Shown: positions 1-9,165 of the stretch, piece after piece
Numbering within the stretch: position 1 is the stretch's first letter
How the letters are laid out: every line of letters begins with the position of its first letter
DNA from: a virus
Reading direction: 5' to 3' (one strand)
Virus record (IMG/VR): IMGVR_UViG_3300037067_015653
Location: 1,221-65,220 of that record
Length of the DNA stretch: 64,000 nucleotides
Notes under the pieces: generated by a model
What the model was told of the DNA's origin: nothing
The model's input: the letters and a program-made list of their open reading frames with translations, nothing else
The model's database searches: none
Made by a program: the position numbers and the translations under genes

Positions 1-836
1 GTTGCTTCTTTTTGAGAAAATAAAGCAAAATCCTTTTTATGTGGCCTAATAATATAAACATTTTTACCTATTCCAGATAATAAATTACCTAATTTTTCAG
101 CTTCCTTTTGTGCTTCATCATCATTATCAAAAATAATAATAATTGTTTCATAATTACATAATAAATTTACTTGGGCCATTGTAAAAGTAGTTCCAAAACT
201 AGAGCAACCATTATCACCAAAACGCCAAGCATCAAAATTACCTTCAAAAACAAAAACATATTTCTTTTTACAATTGTCTATATTATACAAAATATTCTTA
301 TGATCAATTATTTCCATATTTCTAGAGCAACTTATATAACGTAACTCTTGTTTATTTGTATAATCTCTTGTCGTATAACTGATTATTTTATTTTGAAAAA
401 TAATAGGTATAATTATTCTAAAATTATAATTTTTTGCTAAATGATCACAATAATGAAGATTATATTTTTCAATCAATAAATCAGGATCAAAATTTCTCTT
501 AAGTAAATACTCTCTTGCTCTTTTATTTAATCCAGGTTTCCCGGGAAGAACAAAAGAAACTTTATCAACATTTAATTTTTTAACAATTTCTAAACTAACA
601 TAAACATGATTATCCAATTCGGTTAATGGAATGTTCAATTTATAAAAAACTTTATCTTTAAATTTAAATTCACATTTCCAACAAAAATAATATTGTTTTT
701 CAACATTAAAACCTAAATGATTGGAATGATCATCGCAAAATGGACATTGTATATTAATCCAGCCAGGTTGGACATTTTTTCCCTCGGTCCAATATTTAAT
801 ATTATATTTTTGATAAATTGAAATGATATCAATCAT
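1..836 (-). CDS. DNA primase (Zn-finger + TOPRIM), 3'-truncated by window edge
   Basis: Not in ORF track. Translated by hand from ATG at 836: MIDIISIYQKYNIKYWTEGKNVQPGWINIQCPFCDDHSNHLGF...CWKC (Zn finger), RIIIPI, VFEGNFDAWR, IFDND (TOPRIM acidic motifs); open to position 1. Confidence 0.88.
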   Translation of the reverse strand, partial: MIDIISIYQKYNIKYWTEGKNVQPGWINIQCPFCDDHSNHLGFNVEKQYYFCWKCEFKFKDKVFYKLNIPLTELDNHVYVSLEIVKKLNVDKVSFVLPGKPGLNKRAREYLLKRNFDPDLLIEKYNLHYCDHLAKNYNFRIIIPIIFQNKIISYTTRDYTNKQELRYISCSRNMEIIDHKNILYNIDNCKKKYVFVFEGNFDAWRFGDNGCSSFGTTFTMAQVNLLCNYETIIIIFDNDDEAQKEAEKLGNLLSGIGKNVYIIRPHKKDFALFSQKEA

Positions 837-864
837 TATTTTTTCCTATCTCAATTTAAGATCA

Positions 865-2241
865 TTATTGTATCAAATTAGAATCGTTATTTTTTATTTT
901 CAAATATTTTTTTAATAAAAATTGCAACAAATTATTATCATTTGTTTCTTCACCGTTCAATATTAAATCAATATTTTTCTTTTTCACATCCAAAACATTA
1001 ATAATAAATTCATCTATGGTATTAACACCAACAAAATAATAAATATTACAAGCATTTTTTTGACCTATTCTATGTATTCTATCAGTAATTTGATCTAGTT
1101 CTCCAGGAGTCCAACAAAATTGCATTATTCCCATTGTACTGGCAGCAGTTAAAGTCAAACCAATTCCAGCAGCTTCTATTTGTCCTATAAATAATTTTAC
1201 ATTTTGATCATTTTGAAATACATTAACCACTTCATCTCTTTTATTTATCGTGTCTCTACCATCAAACTTTACAGCAGCCTTTTTAAAATGATTATATAAA
1301 CGATCGATAATAAAATGATGTTCAACCATAATAACCAACTTATTATCACTTTCTAAAAAATTTTCAATCCATTCAATAATTGCTTTCATTTTTCCAATTG
1401 CTGATAATTGCTTTAATTTTTCGATTTTATTTATTCCTGATAAGGGTAATAAATTTCTCTGCTTTCTTTTTTTATTTTCAATTGATAACCAATTTACAAA
1501 ATCTTTTTCCAATAAAAAATACTCTTCAAAATTTGTCAATTCAAGAGGAATAATTGTCTTTATTTTTTCTGGTAAATCTGTCAAAACCTCTTTTTTTAAC
1601 CGACGAATCATACAATTGTTAACTAACAAACTATTTAACCTTTTTGGATTTGTGCACCCTTTATAAATCAACTCCCCATTTTTTATTTTTAAATCACAAA
1701 ATCTTTTTACAAATTCCCACCAATTAGAAAATATTTCTGGACAAACTAAATGCAAGACATTCCAAAATTCAGCCGGTCTATTTGTTATGGGTGTTCCTGA
1801 AATAGCTAGAACTCTTTTTGATCTTTTCGCTATCTTTAAAAAGGCCTTGGTTCTTTTTGCTTTTTTATTTTTTGCGTAGTGACATTCATCACCAATAATA
1901 AGATCGAAATTTAATTTTATCAATTCTTTTTTATACTTTTTTAAAATATCATAATTAATTATTTTTATTCTATTTTTAGGAATAAAATCACCAATCAATC
2001 CTGCTTCTTCATTTAACCAAATTTTAATCTCTTTTTTCCAATTTAATTTTATTGAAGCTGGACAAACAACCAAAATATTCTTAAATTCTGGATGTAAACA
2101 AATATAACCAAGGGCTTGTATTGTTTTTCCAAGCCCCATATCATCTGCTAAAATACAGGTTCCATTTTTATTATTAATATATTTAATGCCTTCCTTTTGA
2201 AAAGGCATTAAATTATTTACTAATTTTTTATTAAATTTCAA
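865..2241 (-). CDS. SNF2-family helicase/translocase (HARP/SMARCAL1-like)
   Basis: LADDMGLGKT Walker A, DECH box, SGTPITN, GIGLTLT, QITDRIHRIGQ motif VI. Confidence 0.93.
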   Translation of the reverse strand: MKFNKKLVNNLMPFQKEGIKYINNKNGTCILADDMGLGKTIQALGYICLHPEFKNILVVCPASIKLNWKKEIKIWLNEEAGLIGDFIPKNRIKIINYDILKKYKKELIKLNFDLIIGDECHYAKNKKAKRTKAFLKIAKRSKRVLAISGTPITNRPAEFWNVLHLVCPEIFSNWWEFVKRFCDLKIKNGELIYKGCTNPKRLNSLLVNNCMIRRLKKEVLTDLPEKIKTIIPLELTNFEEYFLLEKDFVNWLSIENKKRKQRNLLPLSGINKIEKLKQLSAIGKMKAIIEWIENFLESDNKLVIMVEHHFIIDRLYNHFKKAAVKFDGRDTINKRDEVVNVFQNDQNVKLFIGQIEAAGIGLTLTAASTMGIMQFCWTPGELDQITDRIHRIGQKNACNIYYFVGVNTIDEFIINVLDVKKKNIDLILNGEETNDNNLLQFLLKKYLKIKNNDSNLIQ

Positions 2242-2732
2242 ATTATTGAATCCCGTATTTCATTAAAAATATAATCAATTTCTTTATGTTGAAAATTAAT
2301 TTGACTATGCATTATAGCTCGTAAATTTTTTTTCGTTATTTTTCCACTATCACCACGTAATTCTTCAGGAAAATTATGAATAAAATTAATAACATCATGA
2401 CAATTTTTATCTAATTCAAAAAATGAAAAATTACATCTATAATGTAATGAATGACTTTCTTTTTCTTTTTTCACTATATTTTCAAAACAAATACTTTTAT
2501 ATCTTTTCATTCTAATTTTTTCATCTCGAATAAAAGTTTTTAAACCATTTTCCACACAAGAATAAATATAAGTAGAAAACTTAACATTTTTAGTTTCATC
2601 AAATTTTTTACTACAAATAGTAAAAACTAAATTTGCTTCGCTAAGTAAGTCATTAAAATCAATTTGGGTATTTTTTTTCTTGAATTTCCAACAAAGTTTA
2701 AGTATTAAATTTTTATAATCTTGATATTTCAT
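2238..2732 (-). CDS. Phage sigma-70-like transcription factor
   Basis: Region-2-like DFNDLLSEANLVF...KKFDETKNVKFSTYIY; start placed at ATG 2732 after AGGAG RBS (2741-2745) rather than 2783. Confidence 0.72.
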   Translation of the reverse strand: MKYQDYKNLILKLCWKFKKKNTQIDFNDLLSEANLVFTICSKKFDETKNVKFSTYIYSCVENGLKTFIRDEKIRMKRYKSICFENIVKKEKESHSLHYRCNFSFFELDKNCHDVINFIHNFPEELRGDSGKITKKNLRAIMHSQINFQHKEIDYIFNEIRDSII

Positions 2733-2751
2733 AATTTGATCTCCTAAAAAC

Positions 2752-2780
2752 AATATAATATAGTTTTTTAAGAAAGTAAA
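2752..2780 (-). promoter_or_regulatory. sigma70-type promoter for sigma/helicase/primase operon
   Basis: TTTACT-17bp-TATATT on minus strand, just upstream of the RBS. Confidence 0.55.
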
Positions 2781-2831
2781 CAAAAATATTTAATTATTTT
2801 AAAAAAATTAAATAAAAATTTTATTTTTTCC

Positions 2832-2860
2832 TTGCTTTTTTTAAAATTAAATGTTATTCT
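2832..2860 (+). promoter_or_regulatory. sigma70-type promoter (extended -10) for the lone plus-strand gene
   Basis: TTGCTT-17bp-TATTCT with TGn extension. Confidence 0.55.
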
Positions 2861-2910
2861 TATTTCATAAGGTTTAGGAAAGACCTTAATATTATTTTAG
2901 GAGATCAAAT

Positions 2911-3234
2911 ATGAAAAACTTAATTTTAAACACAATTGAAACAAGCAAAAAAAACTTTAATTTAGCTATGCAATCCAATGTAAAAAGAATTTATACAAAA
3001 ATGGAAAAAATAATTGAAACTTTTCCGGAAATATATGAAAAAGGTTATATAGTTATGACACTTGGTGAATTTGCTTTAAGAAATAAAGCTCCTTTATGGC
3101 AAATCGAAGATCTAAAAAGAAATAATCAATACAATAAAAAAGGTTGTTTCAAATTATCTTGTGTTGAAATTAAAAAAAACAACTTTACCGGGGAATCTGT
3201 TTTAACTGATCCTCAATTAGTTTATATGTTTTAA
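2911..3234 (+). CDS. Hypothetical protein; only convincing plus-strand gene
   Basis: AGGAG RBS, own promoter and terminator, fills intergenic gap. Confidence 0.75.
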   Translation: MKNLILNTIETSKKNFNLAMQSNVKRIYTKMEKIIETFPEIYEKGYIVMTLGEFALRNKAPLWQIEDLKRNNQYNKKGCFKLSCVEIKKNNFTGESVLTDPQLVYMF

Positions 3235-3260
3235 AAAAACCTTTGATATATAAATTTACT

Positions 3261-3285
3261 AAGGCCCTATTACAGGGCCTTTTTA
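3261..3285. terminator. Intrinsic terminator between convergent genes
   Basis: aaggccct-attac-agggcctt followed by T-tract on + strand. Confidence 0.75.
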
Positions 3286-3292
3286 TTTTATC

Positions 3293-5926
3293 TTAATAAG
3301 GTTTTTCTATTTTGTTAATCCGATCTAATAAATTTTTTGCTTCGGTTGAATGTGAATAAACCATCAAAAATTTTTCACAATATTCTTTTGCTTTATAATA
3401 ATCCTCCATTCCAAATTCCAATTCAGCTAATCGAATGTAAAAAGAATCAAATTCATGAGTTTCTTCCATCACATTACTTATTATTTCCATTCCTTTCTGA
3501 ATGTCCTTCAGAAGATAAGTTTGCCCCATTTCAAACCGATATCTTTTATTATTTTCAGGATAACATTTAACTAAAAATTTGTAATATTTTAAAGCTTTAT
3601 TTACTTTTTCTAAATGATGATAAGTAGTAGCTAAACCCCAAATCACTTCAACTTTTAATGAATTTATTTTTAAAGCTTTTTTTAAATATTTTAAAGCACC
3701 TTTAAAATCCTTTTTTAATCCACATTCTCGACTTAATTCAATAAATTTATTTATTTCAATTTCATTAGTTAAATCCTGTCTTTTTTTATTCTCTTCTAAA
3801 AAATCCATTTTCATTTTAAGAGATTTATAATAAAATAATTTAGCTTTTTCAAAAACATCAATCTTTGTTGGATCAGTCATATATTCTTCCATTATTTCTT
3901 CACTTTCTAATAATGGCCGAGCCCAATTTCCATTTTCAAGTAATTTATCCCATTTATCCATTTTTTCAAGATATAAATTTACAGAATTTAAAACCAACTC
4001 ATTTTTCTTTATTTCATTACAAGTTAAATCCACCATTTCTACAAAAACTTGAATATAAATTTTTTTTAATTTCAATGCAGATTCTTTTGCCGCTTCCAAT
4101 ATTAAAGAACTTCTTTTTATTCTTATCTCTAAATCTTCTTTATCTTTCAATAAATGTTTAGTTTTTCCATTAACTTTTAATTCTCTCTTATGTATTTCTC
4201 TTGAAGTCTTATATATGTGAAGTGATAGAATATTACTCTGTTTCGTTAATTCCTGTGCCATGGTTGCAAATTTTTCATTCTCTGATAATAATTCCTTTAA
4301 TTCATTTTCTGTTGCATCTTGCATTGATTTAAGCGGTTTTAGGCCATTATCACAAGCATCCACAATTTGATCAAATAAAACTATCTCCCAATTTAATCTT
4401 CTCTTAGCTTCCCAGATATCTTTTTCAAATTGTGGCTTAAAAGATAAATACTTATTTATCTTTGTTTTGTTTATTTTTTTATTACAAAAATCTTTTAAAG
4501 CCTTTTTAAATGACATCTGTTCACAATGTTTTTTCTTAGCACCACCTTCACAAGAATTGATAAATTTTATTTTTGGGTAACTACTAAAAATATTCTCCAT
4601 AGCCAAAACAAAACTAGCCAATCCGGAATTTGTTGGAACCAATCCACCAAAATACCCAGGAATTAAAACAACATCCCCCATTTTATGGTTATCCTGAATA
4701 GTTGAATTTGGATCAGTCACATCCCAATCAATAGAACCATCATCACGGAAATTAATCTTTCCATTAGCATCCCCCAATTGATTATGAGATAATCCATCTT
4801 TTTGATTATAAGCACAATCAAAACCTATATGAATTATTGGATTACAACCGAGATGAATAGCTAAACCAATTGCCATATGACCAACAGACCCCCCTTGATC
4901 TAACTGTCCTTTTTCATTAAGCATCTCAACAACAGTATTTTCATTTGTAGGATTATACCCGGTGACAATAAACTTAGGTCCTTGCCATTCTTTTAATATT
5001 CTTGAATAACTTCGATTTAAAGCCACCAAAGGAACATCTTTAATGTAAAACAAACCATCAAAATGCTCATAATTTACCTCACCATAATCAACTGTACAAA
5101 TAAAATCAGGCTTTATATCAAAAGCTAAAAGAGGCCGCAACATTTGAGCAATTGCAATAATAATCACTTTATTTCTATAATTATTATCTAATAATTGAGG
5201 AATAAGATCAATTACAGAGGGAGCCGAAAGAATAATAACAGCCGGCTTATTTTTAAATAAATCTTTTATTTCCTTTACTCCCCGATGTTTGATAATGTGG
5301 GGGAGATTTTTAATGTCATTTTCAGCTATTAATGCACCAGCTCCAACTACTGTTCCAGTATTACACATCATCTGATTAATTGTATCTAATGCTAATTTTG
5401 TCACATCCGCATAAAATTGATTTAAAAAAACGGTGTAACTTTCTGCAAAGCTATGCCATAATTGAATTACTTTATTACTTTCAATCAAAGAAAGCATATT
5501 AGTTAATTCATCTTGATCAGTACAAATAACCAATTTACCTGCTTCAATATATCTTGAATAATCATAATTTGAAAAAGCTAAATTTAATAATTTTGGAATA
5601 GTTTCGATTAAAATAACTAAATGTTTTTTTGATGAATTCTTTAAAATCTTATTGAGCATGTAACCATTACCAACCCCAATTTGAATAGAACATTCATCAT
5701 CAAATAATTCAATTTTTTCTAAACTTTTATTTAATAAAGTAAATTCATCATTAAGAGGATAAGAAAGAATCTCTTTTGCTCCCTGTTTAATCAAAAAATT
5801 ATTAGAAGAAAGAATTTCTATATTAGGATGAAAATCTTCTTTTGTTTCTTTTAATAATTTTTTGGCTATTATCTCTGAATGTTTCTCAATACATACAAAA
5901 TTTTTACTATAAATATTAGACATCAT
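3293..5926 (-). CDS. maf: Maf/DUF115-family (motility-associated factor) glycosyltransferase with C-terminal TPRs
   Basis: N-term IGVGNGY; core LFKNKPAVIILSAPSV...LLAFDIKPDFICTVD...GGSVGHMAIGLAIHLGCNPIIHIGFDCAY...INSCEGGAK typical of Maf; TPR-like helices in last ~160 aa; ends a NulO operon. Confidence 0.85.
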   Translation of the reverse strand: MMSNIYSKNFVCIEKHSEIIAKKLLKETKEDFHPNIEILSSNNFLIKQGAKEILSYPLNDEFTLLNKSLEKIELFDDECSIQIGVGNGYMLNKILKNSSKKHLVILIETIPKLLNLAFSNYDYSRYIEAGKLVICTDQDELTNMLSLIESNKVIQLWHSFAESYTVFLNQFYADVTKLALDTINQMMCNTGTVVGAGALIAENDIKNLPHIIKHRGVKEIKDLFKNKPAVIILSAPSVIDLIPQLLDNNYRNKVIIIAIAQMLRPLLAFDIKPDFICTVDYGEVNYEHFDGLFYIKDVPLVALNRSYSRILKEWQGPKFIVTGYNPTNENTVVEMLNEKGQLDQGGSVGHMAIGLAIHLGCNPIIHIGFDCAYNQKDGLSHNQLGDANGKINFRDDGSIDWDVTDPNSTIQDNHKMGDVVLIPGYFGGLVPTNSGLASFVLAMENIFSSYPKIKFINSCEGGAKKKHCEQMSFKKALKDFCNKKINKTKINKYLSFKPQFEKDIWEAKRRLNWEIVLFDQIVDACDNGLKPLKSMQDATENELKELLSENEKFATMAQELTKQSNILSLHIYKTSREIHKRELKVNGKTKHLLKDKEDLEIRIKRSSLILEAAKESALKLKKIYIQVFVEMVDLTCNEIKKNELVLNSVNLYLEKMDKWDKLLENGNWARPLLESEEIMEEYMTDPTKIDVFEKAKLFYYKSLKMKMDFLEENKKRQDLTNEIEINKFIELSRECGLKKDFKGALKYLKKALKINSLKVEVIWGLATTYHHLEKVNKALKYYKFLVKCYPENNKRYRFEMGQTYLLKDIQKGMEIISNVMEETHEFDSFYIRLAELEFGMEDYYKAKEYCEKFLMVYSHSTEAKNLLDRINKIEKPY

Positions 5927-6116
5927 CTACCTCACAACAATCACAAAATGGTTTGCCTTCTTTTTCAAATTTTTCAACAATAAAATTCTCAATTTCTTGT
6001 AATGACTCACCATGAAACTCAATTTTTTCAATTGGAATGTCTATTTCAATTGAAACAAAATCTTTATTTGGATAAGTCTCAACTTTTAATTTATTCATCG
6101 GGATGGTTATTCTCAT
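5916..6116 (-). CDS. Hypothetical protein (C-terminal CDCC)
   Basis: Overlaps both neighbours, AAGGAG RBS. Confidence 0.55.
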   Translation of the reverse strand: MRITIPMNKLKVETYPNKDFVSIEIDIPIEKIEFHGESLQEIENFIVEKFEKEGKPFCDCCEVDDV

Positions 6117-6292
6117 TTACAAAGCTCCTTACTTAAATTATTTATTTCAGCATCGTTTTGAGTTATTTTATTAAAAATAATCTTTGCTTCTTTTGGAGAT
6201 GTTTTAAAAGCTAATTTCAATAAATCCATCCAACAAATATTATTCTTAATTCTTATTTCAGATATTTTATTTATTATTTCTTTATTTGTCAT
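6113..6292 (-). CDS. 59-aa helical protein resembling small proteins of nonulosonic-acid gene clusters
   Basis: Below ORF-track cutoff; MTNKEIINKISEIRIKNNICWMDLLKLAFKTSPKEAKIIFNKITQNDAEINNLSKELCK; abuts both neighbours; NNxxWMDLLxLAF resemblance recalled from memory. Confidence 0.65.
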   Translation of the reverse strand: MTNKEIINKISEIRIKNNICWMDLLKLAFKTSPKEAKIIFNKITQNDAEINNLSKELCK

Positions 6293-6736
6293 TTATTCTA
6301 TCCATCTATAGTTATTTAATATTTTTGTTATATTTGGTCGTGTTGTACCAAATAAATCAGATAATTTTTTATGTGTAAAATTTCCTGTTTTATATAATTG
6401 TCTTATCTGTTTTACTTTTTCTATATTTAATTTAGCCGCCTTTGACTTTCTTACATTCTCAATATTAGTTAACCATTGACAATTATCAGGTTCATAATTT
6501 TTATCATTATCAATTCTATCAATTACTAAATTATCCTTATAACCATTTTTATAAGCCCAATCTTTAAAAATCAAAAAATTATTTTTCCATTCATCACAAA
6601 CAGTTATTCCTCTTCCACCATAAATATTATAACTATTAACACATTCATAAAAACAACGACCTATCATTGATCTCCATATTGAATAAATTCTTGTTCCTTT
6701 AAATCCATGATGCTTAAACTTTACTATTTTTTTCAC
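6293..6736 (-). CDS. HNH-like homing endonuclease with C-terminal HTH
   Basis: TRIYSIWRSMIGRC...YGGRGITVCDEW...IDRIDNDKNYEPDNCQW. Confidence 0.85.
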   Translation of the reverse strand: MKKIVKFKHHGFKGTRIYSIWRSMIGRCFYECVNSYNIYGGRGITVCDEWKNNFLIFKDWAYKNGYKDNLVIDRIDNDKNYEPDNCQWLTNIENVRKSKAAKLNIEKVKQIRQLYKTGNFTHKKLSDLFGTTRPNITKILNNYRWIE

Positions 6737-7295
6737 TCATAAATTCCTTATTTAATATAGCATAAGCCATTGTGTTTTCAAATTTACCATTTAAAAACTG
6801 CCCTTCTCTATATGTTCCTTCATGTTTCATATTAACTTTTTTAAAAACGTTTAGCATTCCATGGTTCACTTCAGCAGTTGCTGACCATATCCGATTAAGC
6901 CCTAATTTTAAAAAACCAAATCTCAATAATATTTTCAAGGCTTCCGTAGCGTAGCCTTTGCCCCAATAATCAATCGCACCTATTATTATTGCAAATTCAG
7001 CAGATCGATTGATTAAATCAATTCGTTGTAAACTTACCATACCAATGTGATTTGATGTTTTTCTATCAATCATACAAAAAGATAATAAACTTTTATCATT
7101 TTCACATCGATCAAAAAAATTATCTAATTCTTTTTGTGATTGGGGAAATAATCCATGACTATTAAATTCATTAACTAACTCATTACCCATCCATTCATAA
7201 TAATCAGACCCCCGTTCATTTACTAAAAAATCAATAGTTTCTTTCGATGTTGATTTCAAAACAAGTCTTTCAGTTATTAAACGTAAATTAATCAT
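6714..7295 (-). CDS. GNAT N-acyltransferase (RimJ/RimL fold, PseH-like role)
   Basis: HIGMVSLQRID...AEFAIIIG...YWGKGYATEA...LNRIW; context in sugar operon. Confidence 0.85.
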   Translation of the reverse strand: MINLRLITERLVLKSTSKETIDFLVNERGSDYYEWMGNELVNEFNSHGLFPQSQKELDNFFDRCENDKSLLSFCMIDRKTSNHIGMVSLQRIDLINRSAEFAIIIGAIDYWGKGYATEALKILLRFGFLKLGLNRIWSATAEVNHGMLNVFKKVNMKHEGTYREGQFLNGKFENTMAYAILNKEFMSEKNSKV

Positions 7296-7392
7296 TTCTT
7301 TTTCCTTTTAATATCTTTATTTTTTAAATATTTACACTTGCCAAAAGCACCTTTATTATTCTTTTTATAATACCCTATTTTCTTCTTATTTT

Positions 7393-8334
7393 TCATAAAT
7401 AACCCTCCATTCTTGTTTCTAATTCAGATTTATTCATAACAAATTCATTACTTGAATAAGTAAAAGGGATAGGATTATAATAATTATAATCAATTATATA
7501 TTTGTCATTAAAAATTCTAGCGTGATATGACTCTTCATTTGTAATAAGACACTCATGTAGTTTTTCACTTTCCCGAATTCCTATTTCTTCCACTTCACAA
7601 CCATTTGAAAACAAATCAGCAACATCTTTAATTTTCACACTTGTCATTCTAGGAATAAAAATTTCTTTTCCTTTTGTTTCTAAAAGAGATTGCAGAATAA
7701 AATTAGCTACTTCATTAATTGTTATCCAAAATCTTGTCATTCCAAAATCAGTTACTTTTAAATATCCATCTTTATTTTTTTGTTCTTTAAATAAATGTAT
7801 AACTGACCCTCGACTACCTATTACATTCCCATACCGACAAACACTAAACTTTGTTGAATGGGGAGTATAAATATTTGCTCCAATAAATAAGCGTTCAGCA
7901 GTCATTTTTGTTGAACCATAAAGATTAACAGGATAAACAGCCTTATCAGTACTTATTAACATGCACTTTTGAACATCATTTTCAATGCAAGCTAAAATTA
8001 CATTTTCGGACCCTTCAATATTTGTTTTGATTGCTTCGGTCGGATCATTTTCACATTTCACAATGTCCTTTAAAGCAGCTGTATGAATAACAAAATCGAC
8101 CTCTTTTGTGGCTAATTGTAATCGTTGCAAATCTCGTATATCACCAAGTAAGTAAGAAATTGGAACATCATATTTATCAAATTTAACTTTCATTTCTTTT
8201 TGTTTCAATTCATCTCGGCTAAAAATTCTAATTCCTTTCGGATTTAAATTCTCACAAATTAACTTTGTAACCTCATTACCCAGGGAACCAGTGCCCCCGG
8301 TAATCAGCCACTCTTTATTATTTAATCTATACAT
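7393..8334 (-). CDS. pseB: UDP-GlcNAc 4,6-dehydratase (PseB/FlaA1-like)
   Basis: ITGGTGSLG, FSRDELKQ, HTAALK, STDKAVYPVNLYGSTK, RYGNVIGSRGSV, MTRFWI. Confidence 0.92.
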   Translation of the reverse strand: MYRLNNKEWLITGGTGSLGNEVTKLICENLNPKGIRIFSRDELKQKEMKVKFDKYDVPISYLLGDIRDLQRLQLATKEVDFVIHTAALKDIVKCENDPTEAIKTNIEGSENVILACIENDVQKCMLISTDKAVYPVNLYGSTKMTAERLFIGANIYTPHSTKFSVCRYGNVIGSRGSVIHLFKEQKNKDGYLKVTDFGMTRFWITINEVANFILQSLLETKGKEIFIPRMTSVKIKDVADLFSNGCEVEEIGIRESEKLHECLITNEESYHARIFNDKYIIDYNYYNPIPFTYSSNEFVMNKSELETRMEGYL

Positions 8335-8335
8335 T

Positions 8336-9163
8336 TCATCCCCTTAATCCTGTAATAGAATCAGCCAATTGTAACAATTCATTTTCTTTTAATTGAAATT
8401 TACTATTTACAATTTTGTCAATTTTTTCTATTTTTGCGTAAAATTCACTAATATCTTTAGGAGTCCAACAATGATTATAATTGCTCTCATAACCTTCTTT
8501 ATCATCCAAATCAAAATGAAATTCTAAACACTGTGCCAATAAAGAAATAGATTCTCTAATTACATCTATATCTTTTGTATGGTCGGAATAACCAACATAT
8601 ATATTTTGTTTTTTTTGTTTTAAAACAATTAAAAATATTTCGGATATTCTTTTCAGAGCAGCTTCATTATAAGGACAAGGATATTTTGAAACGCAATGCA
8701 TAAAATAATATTTTTGCTTTTCACTGTAATTTAAAAGAATCATATCTAATAAATTAGAGATATCTTTGTTGTTCGCTAATCCACAACTTATAAAAAAATC
8801 TTTTTTCGTATCTAAACAAGCCCCAATTAATCCTCTCCTTTTTATATCAAAAGATGAAATTTTATAAAAATCAACATAATTTTTAGTCTCGTCAATCGCT
8901 TCATTATAAAAAGGAGTAATTCCAAATTTAATATCAATTTGTTTACAATAATCTGATATTTTTGGTATTAAATCTTTATTTAATTGTTGGTTATTATATA
9001 AACACCAAGTATCATAATCTAAAGATTTATACAATCGATTAGGATCAAACAATTGGAATTTAACATCAGTAAACCCAGATAATTTAGCTTGTTTTATCAG
9101 TTCTTTTGTTCGGTCCCAATCATTATTATGATTAGAACCAATTTCACCAATCATTCTTATCAT
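8336..9163 (-). CDS. neuB: Nonulosonic acid synthase (NeuB/PseI family), lacking C-terminal antifreeze-like domain
   Basis: IGEIGSNHN, VKFQLF, KISSFD, MHCVSKYP, GYSDHT, EFHFDLD; only 275 aa. Confidence 0.9.
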   Translation of the reverse strand: MIRMIGEIGSNHNNDWDRTKELIKQAKLSGFTDVKFQLFDPNRLYKSLDYDTWCLYNNQQLNKDLIPKISDYCKQIDIKFGITPFYNEAIDETKNYVDFYKISSFDIKRRGLIGACLDTKKDFFISCGLANNKDISNLLDMILLNYSEKQKYYFMHCVSKYPCPYNEAALKRISEIFLIVLKQKKQNIYVGYSDHTKDIDVIRESISLLAQCLEFHFDLDDKEGYESNYNHCWTPKDISEFYAKIEKIDKIVNSKFQLKENELLQLADSITGLRG

Positions 9164-9165
9164 TA

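Noticed and set aside
3293-5926. 6-hydroxymethylpterin diphosphokinase (MptE) annotation
   Set aside because: Same domain family, but length, Maf N-terminal region and NulO operon context favour a Maf glycosyltransferase; no folate genes nearby
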